Assembly (NCBI GenBank): GCA_018303845.1
Contig: JAGVXH010000005.1
Coordinates: 6,665 to 70,664, forward strand
Direction of reading: 5' to 3'
DNA from: Candidatus Pacearchaeota archaeon
GTDB lineage: Archaea > Nanobdellota > Nanobdellia > Pacearchaeales > GW2011-AR1
Length of the DNA stretch: 64,000 nt
Below, piece after piece: positions 29,721-39,473 of the stretch. Position numbers and translations under genes: made by a program. Numbering within the stretch: the stretch's first letter is position 1; the number at the start of each line of letters is the position of its first letter. Under the pieces are notes generated by a model. The model did no database searches and was not told where the DNA came from. It saw only the letters and a list, made by a program, of their open reading frames with translations.

Positions 29721-29838
29721 CCCACAAGAAGACAAGCGAGTCGAAGAGGGTCTGCCCCAACCAAGCAAAAATAAATATCTGTGAGGGTACTCCTTGGCTT
29801 TTTGTGGAAACAAAAACCAACAATTTTAATTCTTAGCA
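29721..29838. repeat. Dispersed palindromic repeat, long form
   Basis: Same arms as the 28586 copy with a ~42-nt insert that is also present in the 9949 copy. Confidence 0.9.
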
Positions 29839-29923
29839 GGCAAATTCGCAGCGTAAAAATTTTCGCAGTGTGCTCTCGCACATAAGAAAATTTTTACCAA
29901 GAAGTTGTCGCTAAGAATTAAAA

Positions 29924-30940
29924 TTACAATTCAATATCGCGAAGTCCGCCCTTCTCTATCATAAACACCGTCTCATTATCTGGAAGATCGGGCGAGTCAA
30001 TCAACTTACAAACCCTAGAATCCTTCTTCCCTCTTCGAAGATACATACGATAAGTACAAGCATGCCCAACAATATTTCCGCCAATCGCCTTCGTAGGGTC
30101 CCCAAATAACTGCGCAGGGTCACTCATAACTTGATTCGTAACATAAACCGCTAAATTATTCTGCTCCGCAATCTTCATCAAATTATGCAAATACCTATTC
30201 AACCTTTGCTGTCGATCAGCAAGCTGTCCCCTGCCAGAATATTCCGCCCGAAAATGCGCAGTCAAAGAATCAACAATCATCAAACGAATCGGTTCACCAT
30301 CCTTAACCAGCTCAGCAACACGGTCAAGCAAAAGCATCTGATGATCCGAATTAAAAGCCCGAGCAACCAAAATATTTTTCAAAACCTTATCTGGATTCGC
30401 ACCAATCCCCTCGGCAAACTGCCTAACTCTCTCAGGCCTAAACGTTCCTTCAGTATCAATATAAACTGCCTTCCCATTCGCTCCACCCCTCTCAACTGGA
30501 AGCTGAACGCTAACAGCTAAAGACAAAGCCAACTGAGTCTTCCCGGACCCGAAAGCCCCAAAAGCCTCAGTTATCGACTTGGTCTGTATACCTTTTCCCC
30601 CCAAAAGATTATCTAAATTTTTAGATCCAGTAGTAATGTGAAACAACTCCTTCCTCTTCTCCTCATGTTCCAACCCGTCGACAAAACCCATATCCATCAT
30701 CTTCCGCGCAGCCTGAATTGCCTTTCTCGCAACCGACTCACTCATCCCCGCAGTCTCAGCCAACTGAGCAGGAGTTAAAACAGCAAGTCCCATCAACTCA
30801 TAAATACCAGCAGCCTCAAGCTTAGCAACAGCCCCAGGTCCAACACCAGGAATATCAATCAACTGCGGACCCTTATCATCTTTAACCTTAGAAACCTTCT
30901 TCGTCTTTTTATCCTCGTCGACCATGAGCAAAAATAGCAC
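29924..30940 (-). CDS. radA: DNA repair and recombination protein RadA
   Basis: HhH IPGVGP, GAFGSGKTQ, YIDTEGTFRPER, GRGQLADRQQ, IGGNIVGH. Confidence 0.98.
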   Translation of the reverse strand: MLFLLMVDEDKKTKKVSKVKDDKGPQLIDIPGVGPGAVAKLEAAGIYELMGLAVLTPAQLAETAGMSESVARKAIQAARKMMDMGFVDGLEHEEKRKELFHITTGSKNLDNLLGGKGIQTKSITEAFGAFGSGKTQLALSLAVSVQLPVERGGANGKAVYIDTEGTFRPERVRQFAEGIGANPDKVLKNILVARAFNSDHQMLLLDRVAELVKDGEPIRLMIVDSLTAHFRAEYSGRGQLADRQQRLNRYLHNLMKIAEQNNLAVYVTNQVMSDPAQLFGDPTKAIGGNIVGHACTYRMYLRRGKKDSRVCKLIDSPDLPDNETVFMIEKGGLRDIEL

Positions 30941-30966
30941 CCATCCTTTATAAGAATTTATATCAT

Positions 30967-31410
30967 CTAAAAGAGACTATTAAAAACCAACCAAACATCA
31001 ACCGCCAAAACAAAAACAAAAACAACATCTTCAACCCAAGAACCACTTCTAATAAACCCACAAACTCTAAACTCAAAAGGCCAAAACAGTTTCAATCCAG
31101 TTAGCGTAAAACAATCAATTATCAAATGAGACAAGTACCCAACAAAAAACCCAAATCCAGCCCACCTATTAAAACCCGCAACAATCGTCGACAAAACCAA
31201 ACATCCAACTAAACTATGTAACATACCACGATGCCTAAAAACCCAACTCAAAAACCAAACCTTCTTCCCAATCCAACTACTACAAGAATCAATATCAACA
31301 AAAGCAGTGCCCAATAAAACAAACAACAAAACAAAAATCGGCATCTCAATTACCCTATCCAAAATAAACCAAACAAAAACACCAAACAAAATATGAGTCC
31401 GAAACAACAT
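30967..31410 (-). CDS. Membrane metal-dependent hydrolase (YdjM-like)
   Basis: MLFRTH, DID, HRGMLHS, GYLSHLIID..T..G..LFWP. Confidence 0.88.
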   Translation of the reverse strand: MLFRTHILFGVFVWFILDRVIEMPIFVLLFVLLGTAFVDIDSCSSWIGKKVWFLSWVFRHRGMLHSLVGCLVLSTIVAGFNRWAGFGFFVGYLSHLIIDCFTLTGLKLFWPFEFRVCGFIRSGSWVEDVVFVFVLAVDVWLVFNSLF

Positions 31411-31456
31411 AGGACAAGGACAATTCAAAACCTCTTAACCCTTTCTAATTAAAAAA

Positions 31457-31503
31457 ATCCATACGAAATGTGTGCCGAAGGCGCACAATTTTGTATGGAA
31501 CCC
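31457..31503. repeat. REP-like hairpin with cGAAg loop
   Basis: CCATACGAAATGTGTGCC-GAA-GGCGCACAATTTTGTATGG-AACCC. Confidence 0.85.
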
Positions 31504-31525
31504 TAATCAACAAAGACCAAAAAAC

Positions 31526-32005
31526 TCAACCCAATCTAATCTTCTTAATATTATATCCTTCCAATCTATCAATAAGACGATGATGTATAGGCTCAATAGA
31601 ATTTTCAATAATCAAGCTACTCTTCCCCCAACCATGCTCCGCCCCATTTCTATCTTCCAAAATATCTGGAAATTTTTCAATAAAAGGAATCGTGTCTTTA
31701 TATCTCACAACATTGTCTCCAACAATTCTAAACCCGACACTTCCCATTTTAGAACAAATAGTCCCATAAAAATCTCCTTCGACATGGTCGCTATATCTTC
31801 TCCCATAATTTTTGGGATGAAACAAAATAATAGACTTCGTACCCAAAAACCCCTCTCTTAACAAAGTAGAACCAAGGTCACTAATCGCATTTTCTGTTTC
31901 CCTAGAACTTCTCTCAACAGAATACGCACTAGCAATATTGCCAATAGCCCTACCAGCACCATTCACAACATACAAATCTCTCTTAATAATATCAATCCTT
32001 CCCAT
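31526..32005 (-). CDS. Hypothetical protein
   Basis: 159-aa ORF overlapping the RPA stop. Confidence 0.6.
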   Translation of the reverse strand: MGRIDIIKRDLYVVNGAGRAIGNIASAYSVERSSRETENAISDLGSTLLREGFLGTKSIILFHPKNYGRRYSDHVEGDFYGTICSKMGSVGFRIVGDNVVRYKDTIPFIEKFPDILEDRNGAEHGWGKSSLIIENSIEPIHHRLIDRLEGYNIKKIRLG

Positions 32006-32939
32006 CTAATTCCGTAATCAACTTCTCAACATCAACTCTCTCAATACCACTAGCAACAATCTCTAAATTATTAAACAGCTGATTCCTATTAACCCTACCA
32101 GATAAATAAATCTCCGTCCCAATAAATTCATCCCTAAACGCCGCGCTCTTAACTTCATCAGCCAAATCTTCCTCAGGAACTAGAGCCTTAATTTGATCCG
32201 AAAACATAACAACCCTCATACTCTCCGTCCCATCATCAAGCACAAAATTCAAAATCGCCTTATCCTTTTTCTCAATCTTCCCATGTTCAGCACACTTAAA
32301 CTTTCCATCATCTGAAGCAACAACCTTCTTATTACATGTAGGACAAACAAAATAAAACCTAGGCTGAAAAACCTGAACAACAACTCCCCTAACCTTAACG
32401 CTCATTCCCTGCCGAGCTTCCTCAAGCGTCCCTTCACTCACAGCCGGAGCATTCTTAATAGCATTCATCACAATCTTACTTTTTTTCAACTCGCCAAAAC
32501 TACTCAAGTGAATTTCGCTATCCCGAGTAGACCCATTCCGAATCTCAACAACATCTCCAACCTTAATTCTCCCATCTTCAATCAACCCAATATGATTCGT
32601 ATCCCACAAAACAACACGAGTACTCCCAGTCTCATCAGCCAAAATAAAATTAGCAACCCTCCCCTTCCGATCATTTTTCTCAAACTCACGAATAGGGAAA
32701 ATATTCATAACCTTCCCAATGACATTAACCTTCCGCAAACCTCCAATCAACTCGCTAATCTTCAAATCCTCTTCCTCAAAACTAATTCCAAGCTCAGCCG
32801 CAATAATCTGCGCAGCACCTTCCTTAGAAATCAGCCCAGATAACTTCGCTTTCTTTGCCTCAACTTTCAAAACAACTTCCTCTCGACTTAAACCCGAAGA
32901 CTTAGCAATCCTATCCACCAACAACTCATAATTCTTCAT
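31992..32939 (-). CDS. Replication protein A-like ssDNA-binding protein (OB folds, Zn finger)
   Basis: LSGLISKEGAA, ADETGS.RVVLWD, CPTCNKKV...CAEHG, LDDGT. Confidence 0.88.
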   Translation of the reverse strand: MKNYELLVDRIAKSSGLSREEVVLKVEAKKAKLSGLISKEGAAQIIAAELGISFEEEDLKISELIGGLRKVNVIGKVMNIFPIREFEKNDRKGRVANFILADETGSTRVVLWDTNHIGLIEDGRIKVGDVVEIRNGSTRDSEIHLSSFGELKKSKIVMNAIKNAPAVSEGTLEEARQGMSVKVRGVVVQVFQPRFYFVCPTCNKKVVASDDGKFKCAEHGKIEKKDKAILNFVLDDGTESMRVVMFSDQIKALVPEEDLADEVKSAAFRDEFIGTEIYLSGRVNRNQLFNNLEIVASGIERVDVEKLITELDGKD

Positions 32940-33040
32940 ATACAAAAAACAACCCCTCACTATTTAAGTATTATTGAGATACAGTCCACACCAAAAACAC
33001 CGCCCACAAAACTTATAAAGCAAAATAAAAGTATTCTATT

Positions 33041-33187
33041 ATGAAATGTACAAGCTGCGACAAAGAAACAACAAAAATAGTAAGGTTGCCATGCCCAAAA
33101 TGCGGCAAAGAAATCCTAAGATGCGACAAATGTAGAAGTTTATCAATCGAATATAAATGTCCAAAGTGTCAACACCAAGGACCTTAA
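33041..33187 (+). CDS. Small zinc-ribbon protein (DUF1610-like)
   Basis: Manual translation MKCTSC...CPKCG..I.RCDKCR....YKCPKCQHQGP; conserved position upstream of aEF1-beta. Confidence 0.9.
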   Translation: MKCTSCDKETTKIVRLPCPKCGKEILRCDKCRSLSIEYKCPKCQHQGP

Positions 33188-33205
33188 TCTTTCGATACTT
33201 AAATT

Positions 33206-33481
33206 ATGGCAACAGCAGGAATACAATTTAAAATAATGCCCGATGGACTAGACGTAGACCTAGAAGAGCTCAAAAAAAATTTAAAAAAGGCAACCGAATC
33301 TTTTGAATCAGGAGTTTTCAACGACGTGAAAGAAGAACCAATCGCATTTGGACTAAAAGCACTAATAGTAACAATCGCACTTTCAGAGTCCGAAGAATCC
33401 GATGCCGTAGAAAAAGCATTCAGTGAAATCAAGGGCGTCTCCTCAGTAGAACTTATTGACTATCGAAGAGCAATAGGATAA
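33206..33481 (+). CDS. ef1b: Translation elongation factor 1 beta
   Basis: KIMP...DVDLEEL, EPIAFGLKAL, IKGVSSVE. Confidence 0.95.
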   Translation: MATAGIQFKIMPDGLDVDLEELKKNLKKATESFESGVFNDVKEEPIAFGLKALIVTIALSESEESDAVEKAFSEIKGVSSVELIDYRRAIG

Positions 33482-33532
33482 AATTTTATAAAACAAAAGA
33501 TATTTAAAGATTAATAACTTAGAAATAAAATC

Positions 33533-33760
33533 ATGGGAGATAGTTCTTTAGAAGCCCTATACGAAAGTCCAAAAAAAAGCCCTGAAGCTTCGAAATATTG
33601 CGAAATCATAAAGGGATGTATAGGACGAAAAAATGATCGTAATTTAATATACACCCAAACATTAATAACCCGCATAGACGACGGGTGCTCTTTTAGAGAC
33701 GCAGAGAAATCGGCAGAATTTGCCAGACAAAAAGTACTTTCCCTTTTAGAAAAAGATTAA
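33533..33760 (+). CDS. Hypothetical protein
   Basis: ATG with a TTTAAA box ~28 nt upstream. Confidence 0.5.
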   Translation: MGDSSLEALYESPKKSPEASKYCEIIKGCIGRKNDRNLIYTQTLITRIDDGCSFRDAEKSAEFARQKVLSLLEKD

Positions 33761-33800
33761 CTCTCAAAAAATTTATAACCCCACCACTCCTTAACTTCCC

Positions 33801-34388
33801 ATGCCCATTACAACAGAGGAAGCCAATAAAATCAAAGAACACCTTCTAACCCAACTAGACAACTTCCCAGAAGACAAACGAGAACAAATCGCAGAACAAA
33901 TCAATTCAATGTCAGACGAACAAATCGAAGCTTTCGTTAAACAAAACAAACTAACTCATCTCGGTGGACAATGCATCTTCTGTTCAATTATAGCAAACAA
34001 AACCAAGTCCTACAAAATAGCCGAAGATAAAGACAACATAGCAATCCTAGAACTTATGCCAATAAGTAAAGGGCACTCTCTCATCGTACCAAAAGAACAT
34101 CTAGAAAAAACCTCAGAATCAACAAACTCCCTAGTGCAAGAAGTATCAAAAAAATTAAAGAAAAAATTCTCGCCACAAGAAATCAAAATCAACGAAATAA
34201 AAATAATGGGCCATGCACTCCTGGAAATAATTCCCATATACGGGGATGAGACCGAAAAAAGACAAGCCTCAGAAGAAGAGCTAAAATCCCTCCAAGAAGA
34301 AATACTAAAACCCTCAGAAATCAAAATAGAAAAACCTCAGGAAATCAAAATAGAAGAAATCCCAATCCTCCCTCCAAGAATACCCTAA
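33801..34388 (+). CDS. HIT-family protein (degenerate histidine triad)
   Basis: CIFCSII, PISKGHSLIVPKEH; the triad region reads GHALLEIIP. Confidence 0.8.
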   Translation: MPITTEEANKIKEHLLTQLDNFPEDKREQIAEQINSMSDEQIEAFVKQNKLTHLGGQCIFCSIIANKTKSYKIAEDKDNIAILELMPISKGHSLIVPKEHLEKTSESTNSLVQEVSKKLKKKFSPQEIKINEIKIMGHALLEIIPIYGDETEKRQASEEELKSLQEEILKPSEIKIEKPQEIKIEEIPILPPRIP

Positions 34389-35209
34389 ATCCCAAACAGC
34401 CCCAAAAACCAACCCTTCAAAAAAACATATCCTAAAAACGCAATCAAAAATGCCGGAACAAACGGCAACCCTTCCTTAATCATAACCCTCTTCTCCTTCC
34501 TCAATAACTCAATATCATCTAGCGACAACCCATCCCAATTCGCCTTAACAACTCTTCGTCCAACCTTAACATCTTCAACCAACCAATCCCCCTCTCGAAG
34601 TTCAAAACCACTAACTTCCCTAATCATCGAAACATTTTCGAGCCCCTTAGCAAAAACATAAAGAAACGGAAAAATAAAAAGACAAACTCCAATCAAGAAA
34701 AAAATAAAATTTTTAACACCAAAAATCATCAAAACAGATGCCAACAAAACAACTCCAACAAGCCATCTCTTTTCGCTAACCAGCCTTCCCATTTCCGCAT
34801 TAATTTTATCTCGATTCAAATACCATAAAACACCAGAATAACAAAGCCCATAGACAGATCCCGCGACCATCAAAAACAAACAAAAAATTCCAACATTAAT
34901 TACCGATTCATAAAAACTAGCACCCAAAAAAAACACCGTCATCGCAAACAACAACTTCGCATCCCCCCCAGCAAAAACCCGACCATAATAAAAAATATTC
35001 ATAATAACAAACATAATTACCAATAAAAACCCAACATGAAAAATAATATCCAACTCATCTCTCAAAATTGCACCATAAAAAACAAAGACCAAACTAGAAA
35101 CAAGCAAAAACAAATTCAACCAATTATCAACCTCACGCCTTTTCAAATCCTGCATACTAGCAACAACAATCCCACAAAAAAACAACCAAAACAAAAACCC
35201 AAACTCCAT
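34385..35209 (-). CDS. Prepilin peptidase (A24 family, PibD/FlaK-like)
   Basis: ASMQDLKRREVDN and FAGGDAKLL aspartate motifs; C-terminal GLPFVPAF. Confidence 0.92.
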   Translation of the reverse strand: MEFGFLFWLFFCGIVVASMQDLKRREVDNWLNLFLLVSSLVFVFYGAILRDELDIIFHVGFLLVIMFVIMNIFYYGRVFAGGDAKLLFAMTVFFLGASFYESVINVGIFCLFLMVAGSVYGLCYSGVLWYLNRDKINAEMGRLVSEKRWLVGVVLLASVLMIFGVKNFIFFLIGVCLFIFPFLYVFAKGLENVSMIREVSGFELREGDWLVEDVKVGRRVVKANWDGLSLDDIELLRKEKRVMIKEGLPFVPAFLIAFLGYVFLKGWFLGLFGI

Positions 35210-35284
35210 TTATCCCAACCTATCCTCATTAATTAAATGCACAACAATAACAGAAATCATAATACAAAAAACAAATCTCTTTAT

Positions 35285-35482
35285 TTAATACTTTCTCTTC
35301 TTAACCTTGCCAAAACCTTTTTTCTTTTCTGACAAAACCTTCCCCATCTTATCCACCTTCTCACCCTCAACCTCATCAACATTAGCACTCCGAAACTTTC
35401 CTCCTACCTTATACCCACGATTAATCCGCTTCCTCTTCAAATCACCCTTCGTCGTCCGCTTATCACATCCACCAAAATCCAT
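35285..35482 (-). CDS. Small basic hypothetical protein at the end of the pilin operon
   Basis: Start overlaps the upstream stop; Lys-rich. Confidence 0.5.
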   Translation of the reverse strand: MDFGGCDKRTTKGDLKRKRINRGYKVGGKFRSANVDEVEGEKVDKMGKVLSEKKKGFGKVKKRKY

Positions 35483-36045
35483 TACTTCAAAACCTCCACA
35501 ACATACTTCCCACTTTTTCGTGTAATCAAATATTCTCTATCAAAAACAAAATCATATTCAACGGGAAAACCAATCTTCACATCTTCCGAAACTTTAAGCA
35601 AACCTCTTTTCCCAGTTTCCTGTCTTTTCAAAACCAAACCATCACTAACTTCCTCGACAGAATACAAAACATCTCTAAAAAAACCATTCTCATCAAATCC
35701 AGTCCCAACCTCTACCTTAGAACCTCTCCAAAACAAATCCTTCAAAATAAAATCCTTCATCTCTTGACTTAAACCCGAAACAAACTCTTTCTCAAATTTC
35801 TCCTTGTCAATCCCACTCTTCTCAACCGAGTCCAACACCAACTCTTTTTCTCTCATCTCAAAAATATCCAACTCATCTCTAATCTCCAAAACAGCAAGCG
35901 GAGAAACTAGAGCAATACTAAGTTTATTCTGATGATTAGAATAAGACAAAAGAACCATCCCGCATAAAACCAAAGTCAACAAAACAATAGGAATCGCCAT
36001 AAAAACCCCGCCCCTTTTATCTCGACAAAAATTAACTCTACCCAT
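35482..36045 (-). CDS. Class III signal peptide (pilin-like) protein
   Basis: Reassigned start MGRVNFCRDKRG|GVFMAIPIVLLTLVLCG. Confidence 0.75.
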   Translation of the reverse strand: MGRVNFCRDKRGGVFMAIPIVLLTLVLCGMVLLSYSNHQNKLSIALVSPLAVLEIRDELDIFEMREKELVLDSVEKSGIDKEKFEKEFVSGLSQEMKDFILKDLFWRGSKVEVGTGFDENGFFRDVLYSVEEVSDGLVLKRQETGKRGLLKVSEDVKIGFPVEYDFVFDREYLITRKSGKYVVEVLK

Positions 36046-36319
36046 TCTCAAAACCTCCAGCAACAAGAGCATCATCAACATCATAATCTCCAGCGACATA
36101 AAACCGCGCCTTAACCAACCTCTCATAATCCTCATTCATATAAATAAAAAATTCTCCCTCTTCTTCACTCTCTCCAAAATAATTAGCCAAGACAGGCTCC
36201 TCTGCAAAAATCTTAAACGGCTCACTCAAAAGAATAAATCCTCCAAGAATAATCGCAACAAGAATAATCGCAAAAAACATAGAAATAAGTGTCCCAAGTT
36301 GTCCCTTCTTACTTTTCAT
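36038..36319 (-). CDS. Class III signal peptide (pilin-like) protein
   Basis: MKSKKG|QLGTLISMFFAIILVAIILG. Confidence 0.8.
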   Translation of the reverse strand: MKSKKGQLGTLISMFFAIILVAIILGGFILLSEPFKIFAEEPVLANYFGESEEEGEFFIYMNEDYERLVKARFYVAGDYDVDDALVAGGFENG

Positions 36320-36848
36320 AATTAATCAAAACCTCCACCTTAACAAAACCATCCCTAGTCACTCCATTCTCGAAAACAAACGCCTTATACTCATCACTAA
36401 AATAGCCAGGATTATACTTCGCAATCTTTTCAACATTCTCATTATTCCATCCGCTAACCGCATTCCCAGTAACAACCACCTTCTCGAACAAATCCCTAAC
36501 CCAAAGTAACCCCTCATCTCCATCCTTTAGATAAACTTTCCTAGCATCACTATCAACCTCAACCCCAACATAAATCCTTTCACTCTCTTCAATCCCACAA
36601 TGCCTCAAAATAAAACTTCTATCTTCTTCCTTAATATTATCCAAATTCAAAACACCCTCAGGGAATAAACACTCCACAATCGCCCTACCAAGTAATAAAG
36701 ACTCAGCATCTCGAACGCTAATATCATAAGCATAATAAACAGAAGAGGCCCCAAAAATAACAACCGCAATGGCCGAAATCAAAACCAAAACCGGAACCAT
36801 CTCAACAATATCGCCAACCCCGCTTCCTCGTTTATTCATCCAAAACAT
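36309..36848 (-). CDS. Class III signal peptide (pilin-like) protein
   Basis: MNKRG|SGVGDIVEMVPVLVLISAIAVVIF. Confidence 0.75.
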   Translation of the reverse strand: MFWMNKRGSGVGDIVEMVPVLVLISAIAVVIFGASSVYYAYDISVRDAESLLLGRAIVECLFPEGVLNLDNIKEEDRSFILRHCGIEESERIYVGVEVDSDARKVYLKDGDEGLLWVRDLFEKVVVTGNAVSGWNNENVEKIAKYNPGYFSDEYKAFVFENGVTRDGFVKVEVLINYEK

Positions 36849-36888
36849 CCTCCATGTTTAATCCAACTTCTTTAAATCGCCAAGCCCC

Positions 36889-36958
36889 CAGCGAAGCTGA
36901 GCTTTTCCACATCGTGAGCTTTTCCACATCGTGAGCTTTTCCACATAGTGAGCTTTTC
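36889..36958. repeat. CAGCGAAGCTG mini-hairpin followed by the 17-mer tandem repeat TGAGCTTTTCCACAT(C/A)G x3.6
   Basis: Units at 36898, 36915 and 36932, partial at 36949. Confidence 0.93.
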
Positions 36959-36983
36959 TGAAAATGAAAATTTTCCTCTTTCA

Positions 36984-37343
36984 TCATTTAACTCTAACCA
37001 CAAATTTATCTAAATCCTCTTCAACAAAAACTTCATTACTAGAAAAATAAGGATACCCCTTACTAGAAGGAAGCCCATCAACCTTAACATAAATTCTCCC
37101 ATCTCTGACCTCGACCCCATCAACTAACCCATTCAAACTCTTTTTCACAATCTCAAAACTAAACCCACTCTCACTAGCATCAATCAAAAGCGCCAACTCT
37201 TTTTCCAAAACCTGCTGTTTAATTCCTCTCGCCTCAAGCCTTCCCTCTAGTGCAAGAAAAAAAACAGCAAATAACAATCCAACTAAAATAATCTGAATAA
37301 CAGCCTTAGATAAAATATCCCCCTTCTTACCAAATCGTCTCAT
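36984..37343 (-). CDS. Class III signal peptide (pilin-like) protein
   Basis: MRRFGKKG|DILSKAVIQIILVGLLFAVFF; ATGA coupling to the upstream gene. Confidence 0.8.
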   Translation of the reverse strand: MRRFGKKGDILSKAVIQIILVGLLFAVFFLALEGRLEARGIKQQVLEKELALLIDASESGFSFEIVKKSLNGLVDGVEVRDGRIYVKVDGLPSSKGYPYFSSNEVFVEEDLDKFVVRVK

Positions 37344-38323
37344 CCGGGAATTCCCTCCCATTCATCACAAAAACCAACGCTAGCAGATTCTATCTCATCA
37401 ACCCTCTTCTCATATTCAATCCAATTTTTTAATTGCAAAAATTCCCAAAAACTCGCAGATGGACTAAAAATAAAATTATTCTGCACTTCCTTAAACGAAT
37501 CATCTTTTTGTCCAGATTGAAAATAAAATAAATAGGGGACATATTCGCCAAACCCTTTCGACTCACCCACAACCAATTGAATACCCGCAACAACACCATA
37601 ATTAATCATCAAATCTCCCTCGTCAATATTAAACCTCTCTGGCAGAGAAACATTAATACTACTCATCTTCGCCTCAAAAGTTACCCCATTAGCCCTATTC
37701 ACCAAGTCAACACTAGCCCAATCCCACTTCTTACTTTCAACACTAAAATCTTCTCCATTTAAATTAAAAGGAACAGCATTTCCAAAATTAAGAGCCGAAA
37801 AACTTTTTCCAGAATCCTGCAAATAAGAATAATAAGTAAAACCTTCTTTCATTTTCAAATCCAAAGCATCCTTAATATTAATCTCAACCTTATTATCCCG
37901 AGCATATTTCTTCGCCTCGTCCGTAAAATGAATTCTAGCACACGGAACACATACACTCGATTTAAAAAATTTAGCAGGAAACACATTCAAATCTCCATTC
38001 CCATAAAGGTTCCAACATTCTGCCATAGACTCTGCAATCTTCTCTTGAGCAACCTTAACATTTCTAACATCCGCCTCACTCACCTCAACAACCATCGTTT
38101 TACATTTCAAAGGGAAACTAGATTTAAATTCAAGCTCATCTGCCCCAAGTCCAGAGTCGGGAAGCGTCGCCCTCAACTGAACACTCTGCCAACAAACCTC
38201 CTTATCTCCCTCGTCACCAACCCAAAACTCCTGATAAATAAAAAAAATCGAAATAGCCAAAACCAACACTCCAAGTATCAAATACAAAAGAATCCCATAC
38301 ATATAGTCCCCCTTCTTATCCAT
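37340..38323 (-). CDS. Class III signal peptide (pilin-like) Cys-rich protein
   Basis: MDKKG|DYMYGILLYLILGVLVLAI; C..SV, PLKC, IAESMAECW..YG.G, CVPCARI.F. Confidence 0.8.
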   Translation of the reverse strand: MDKKGDYMYGILLYLILGVLVLAISIFFIYQEFWVGDEGDKEVCWQSVQLRATLPDSGLGADELEFKSSFPLKCKTMVVEVSEADVRNVKVAQEKIAESMAECWNLYGNGDLNVFPAKFFKSSVCVPCARIHFTDEAKKYARDNKVEINIKDALDLKMKEGFTYYSYLQDSGKSFSALNFGNAVPFNLNGEDFSVESKKWDWASVDLVNRANGVTFEAKMSSINVSLPERFNIDEGDLMINYGVVAGIQLVVGESKGFGEYVPYLFYFQSGQKDDSFKEVQNNFIFSPSASFWEFLQLKNWIEYEKRVDEIESASVGFCDEWEGIPG

Positions 38324-38409
38324 AAACAAGAAACCCAAACCAACTTAATAAAACTTACCCAGCCCAAACATCCATAAAAAACCCCAACCAAAAACCCAAA
38401 ACCTCTCAA

Positions 38410-38820
38410 CAAAAATCCGTGCTAATCCGTGAACTATTTTTTATTAACCAAACAACCTCAATCCCAAAAACGAAAATTCGCGTACATTCGCGCAAATTCA
38501 CGGCTAAATAATTCTCCATCACTCCCCAAGTCCCCATTATTTTACCAATCTACAACAAACAAAACCATCATCTCTCCATGAGAAATTATGCGTGTCGAAG
38601 ACACCATAATTTTTTATGGAACCCAATCTCTAATGTCTAATGTCTAATCTCTAATGTCTAATCCTTATTCCAATCCGTGCTAGTCCGTGAGTAAATAATT
38701 AACAACCATTCCCAAAAAAATCCATGTAATCCATGTTCTAATTTTCCCCAAGCCCACCAAGTCAACCCTTACATCACCCAAACAAAATCCGCGTAATCCG
38801 TGTAATCTGCGGCCAAATAA
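38410..38820. repeat. Repeat-rich intergenic region: five clusters of degenerate 9-10-mers, one cGAAg hairpin (38575-38624) and (TAAT(G/C)TC)x5
   Basis: AATCCGTGCTAATCCGTG, ATTCGCGTACATTCGCGCAAATTCACGG, AATCCGTGCTAGTCCGTG, AATCCATGTAATCCATG, AATCCGCGTAATCCGTGTAATCTGCGG. Confidence 0.85.
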
Positions 38821-38945
38821 ATAACCAAACAAAAACTTACCCAGCAGCCCTAGAAACAATATTCCGTATAGCAAAACCAACAGCAACAATAACCAGAATA
38901 ACCAATATCCATTTAATAGTCTCACCCGAAACCAATTCCCCCCGC

Positions 38946-39473
38946 TTACTTAGTGGAAAAAACATAGCCTCCTCCATCTTTCCAAATCTCAACCCGACCA
39001 CCCTCAACAATCTCCCATGTACCAGAACTCAAATCACTAGCATCAATACTATGCACACTGCCAACAATACTCCGAGCAGACATACTCAAATCCAAACACT
39101 CTCTACAATAATTTTGCTCATCCTCTCCATCCCAATAACAAACACAAATCACATTATCCCCAATCTTCTTATTCTTAAAATATTCCTCTCCTTCAACATC
39201 ACCAAAACTAGCAACACTGCCAAAATAAACCAAATAAAACTTCATATCCTTATCCCCCCTATCAAACATAATAACTTCGCCAACCCCGCCCTTATCCGCA
39301 ATACCAACCCCTTCCTCTATAACCTTCAAATATCCCTCACTAATTTTATCGGCTTCATCATACAAACCATAAAAACTAACCGCAAAAATAATCAAAACAG
39401 CAACAACAGCAACAGCAATAATAAGCTCAATAGCAGAATCACTAACCACCTCTCCTCTTTTCTCCATCAACAT
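38946..39473 (-). CDS. Class III signal peptide (pilin-like) protein
   Basis: MEKRG|EVVSDSAIELIIAVAVVAVLIIF; CVC...C..C. Confidence 0.8.
   Translation of the reverse strand: MLMEKRGEVVSDSAIELIIAVAVVAVLIIFAVSFYGLYDEADKISEGYLKVIEEGVGIADKGGVGEVIMFDRGDKDMKFYLVYFGSVASFGDVEGEEYFKNKKIGDNVICVCYWDGEDEQNYCRECLDLSMSARSIVGSVHSIDASDLSSGTWEIVEGGRVEIWKDGGGYVFSTK

Noticed and set aside
36898-36958. 17-mer repeats (and the 19-mers at 18742) as a CRISPR array
   Set aside because: The units are contiguous with no spacers, and there are no cas genes in the window.
38680-38925. 81-aa hydrophobic ORF in the pilin gap
   Set aside because: It runs through the repeat clusters, and its hydrophobicity is explained by G/T bias; a decayed pilin fragment cannot be excluded.
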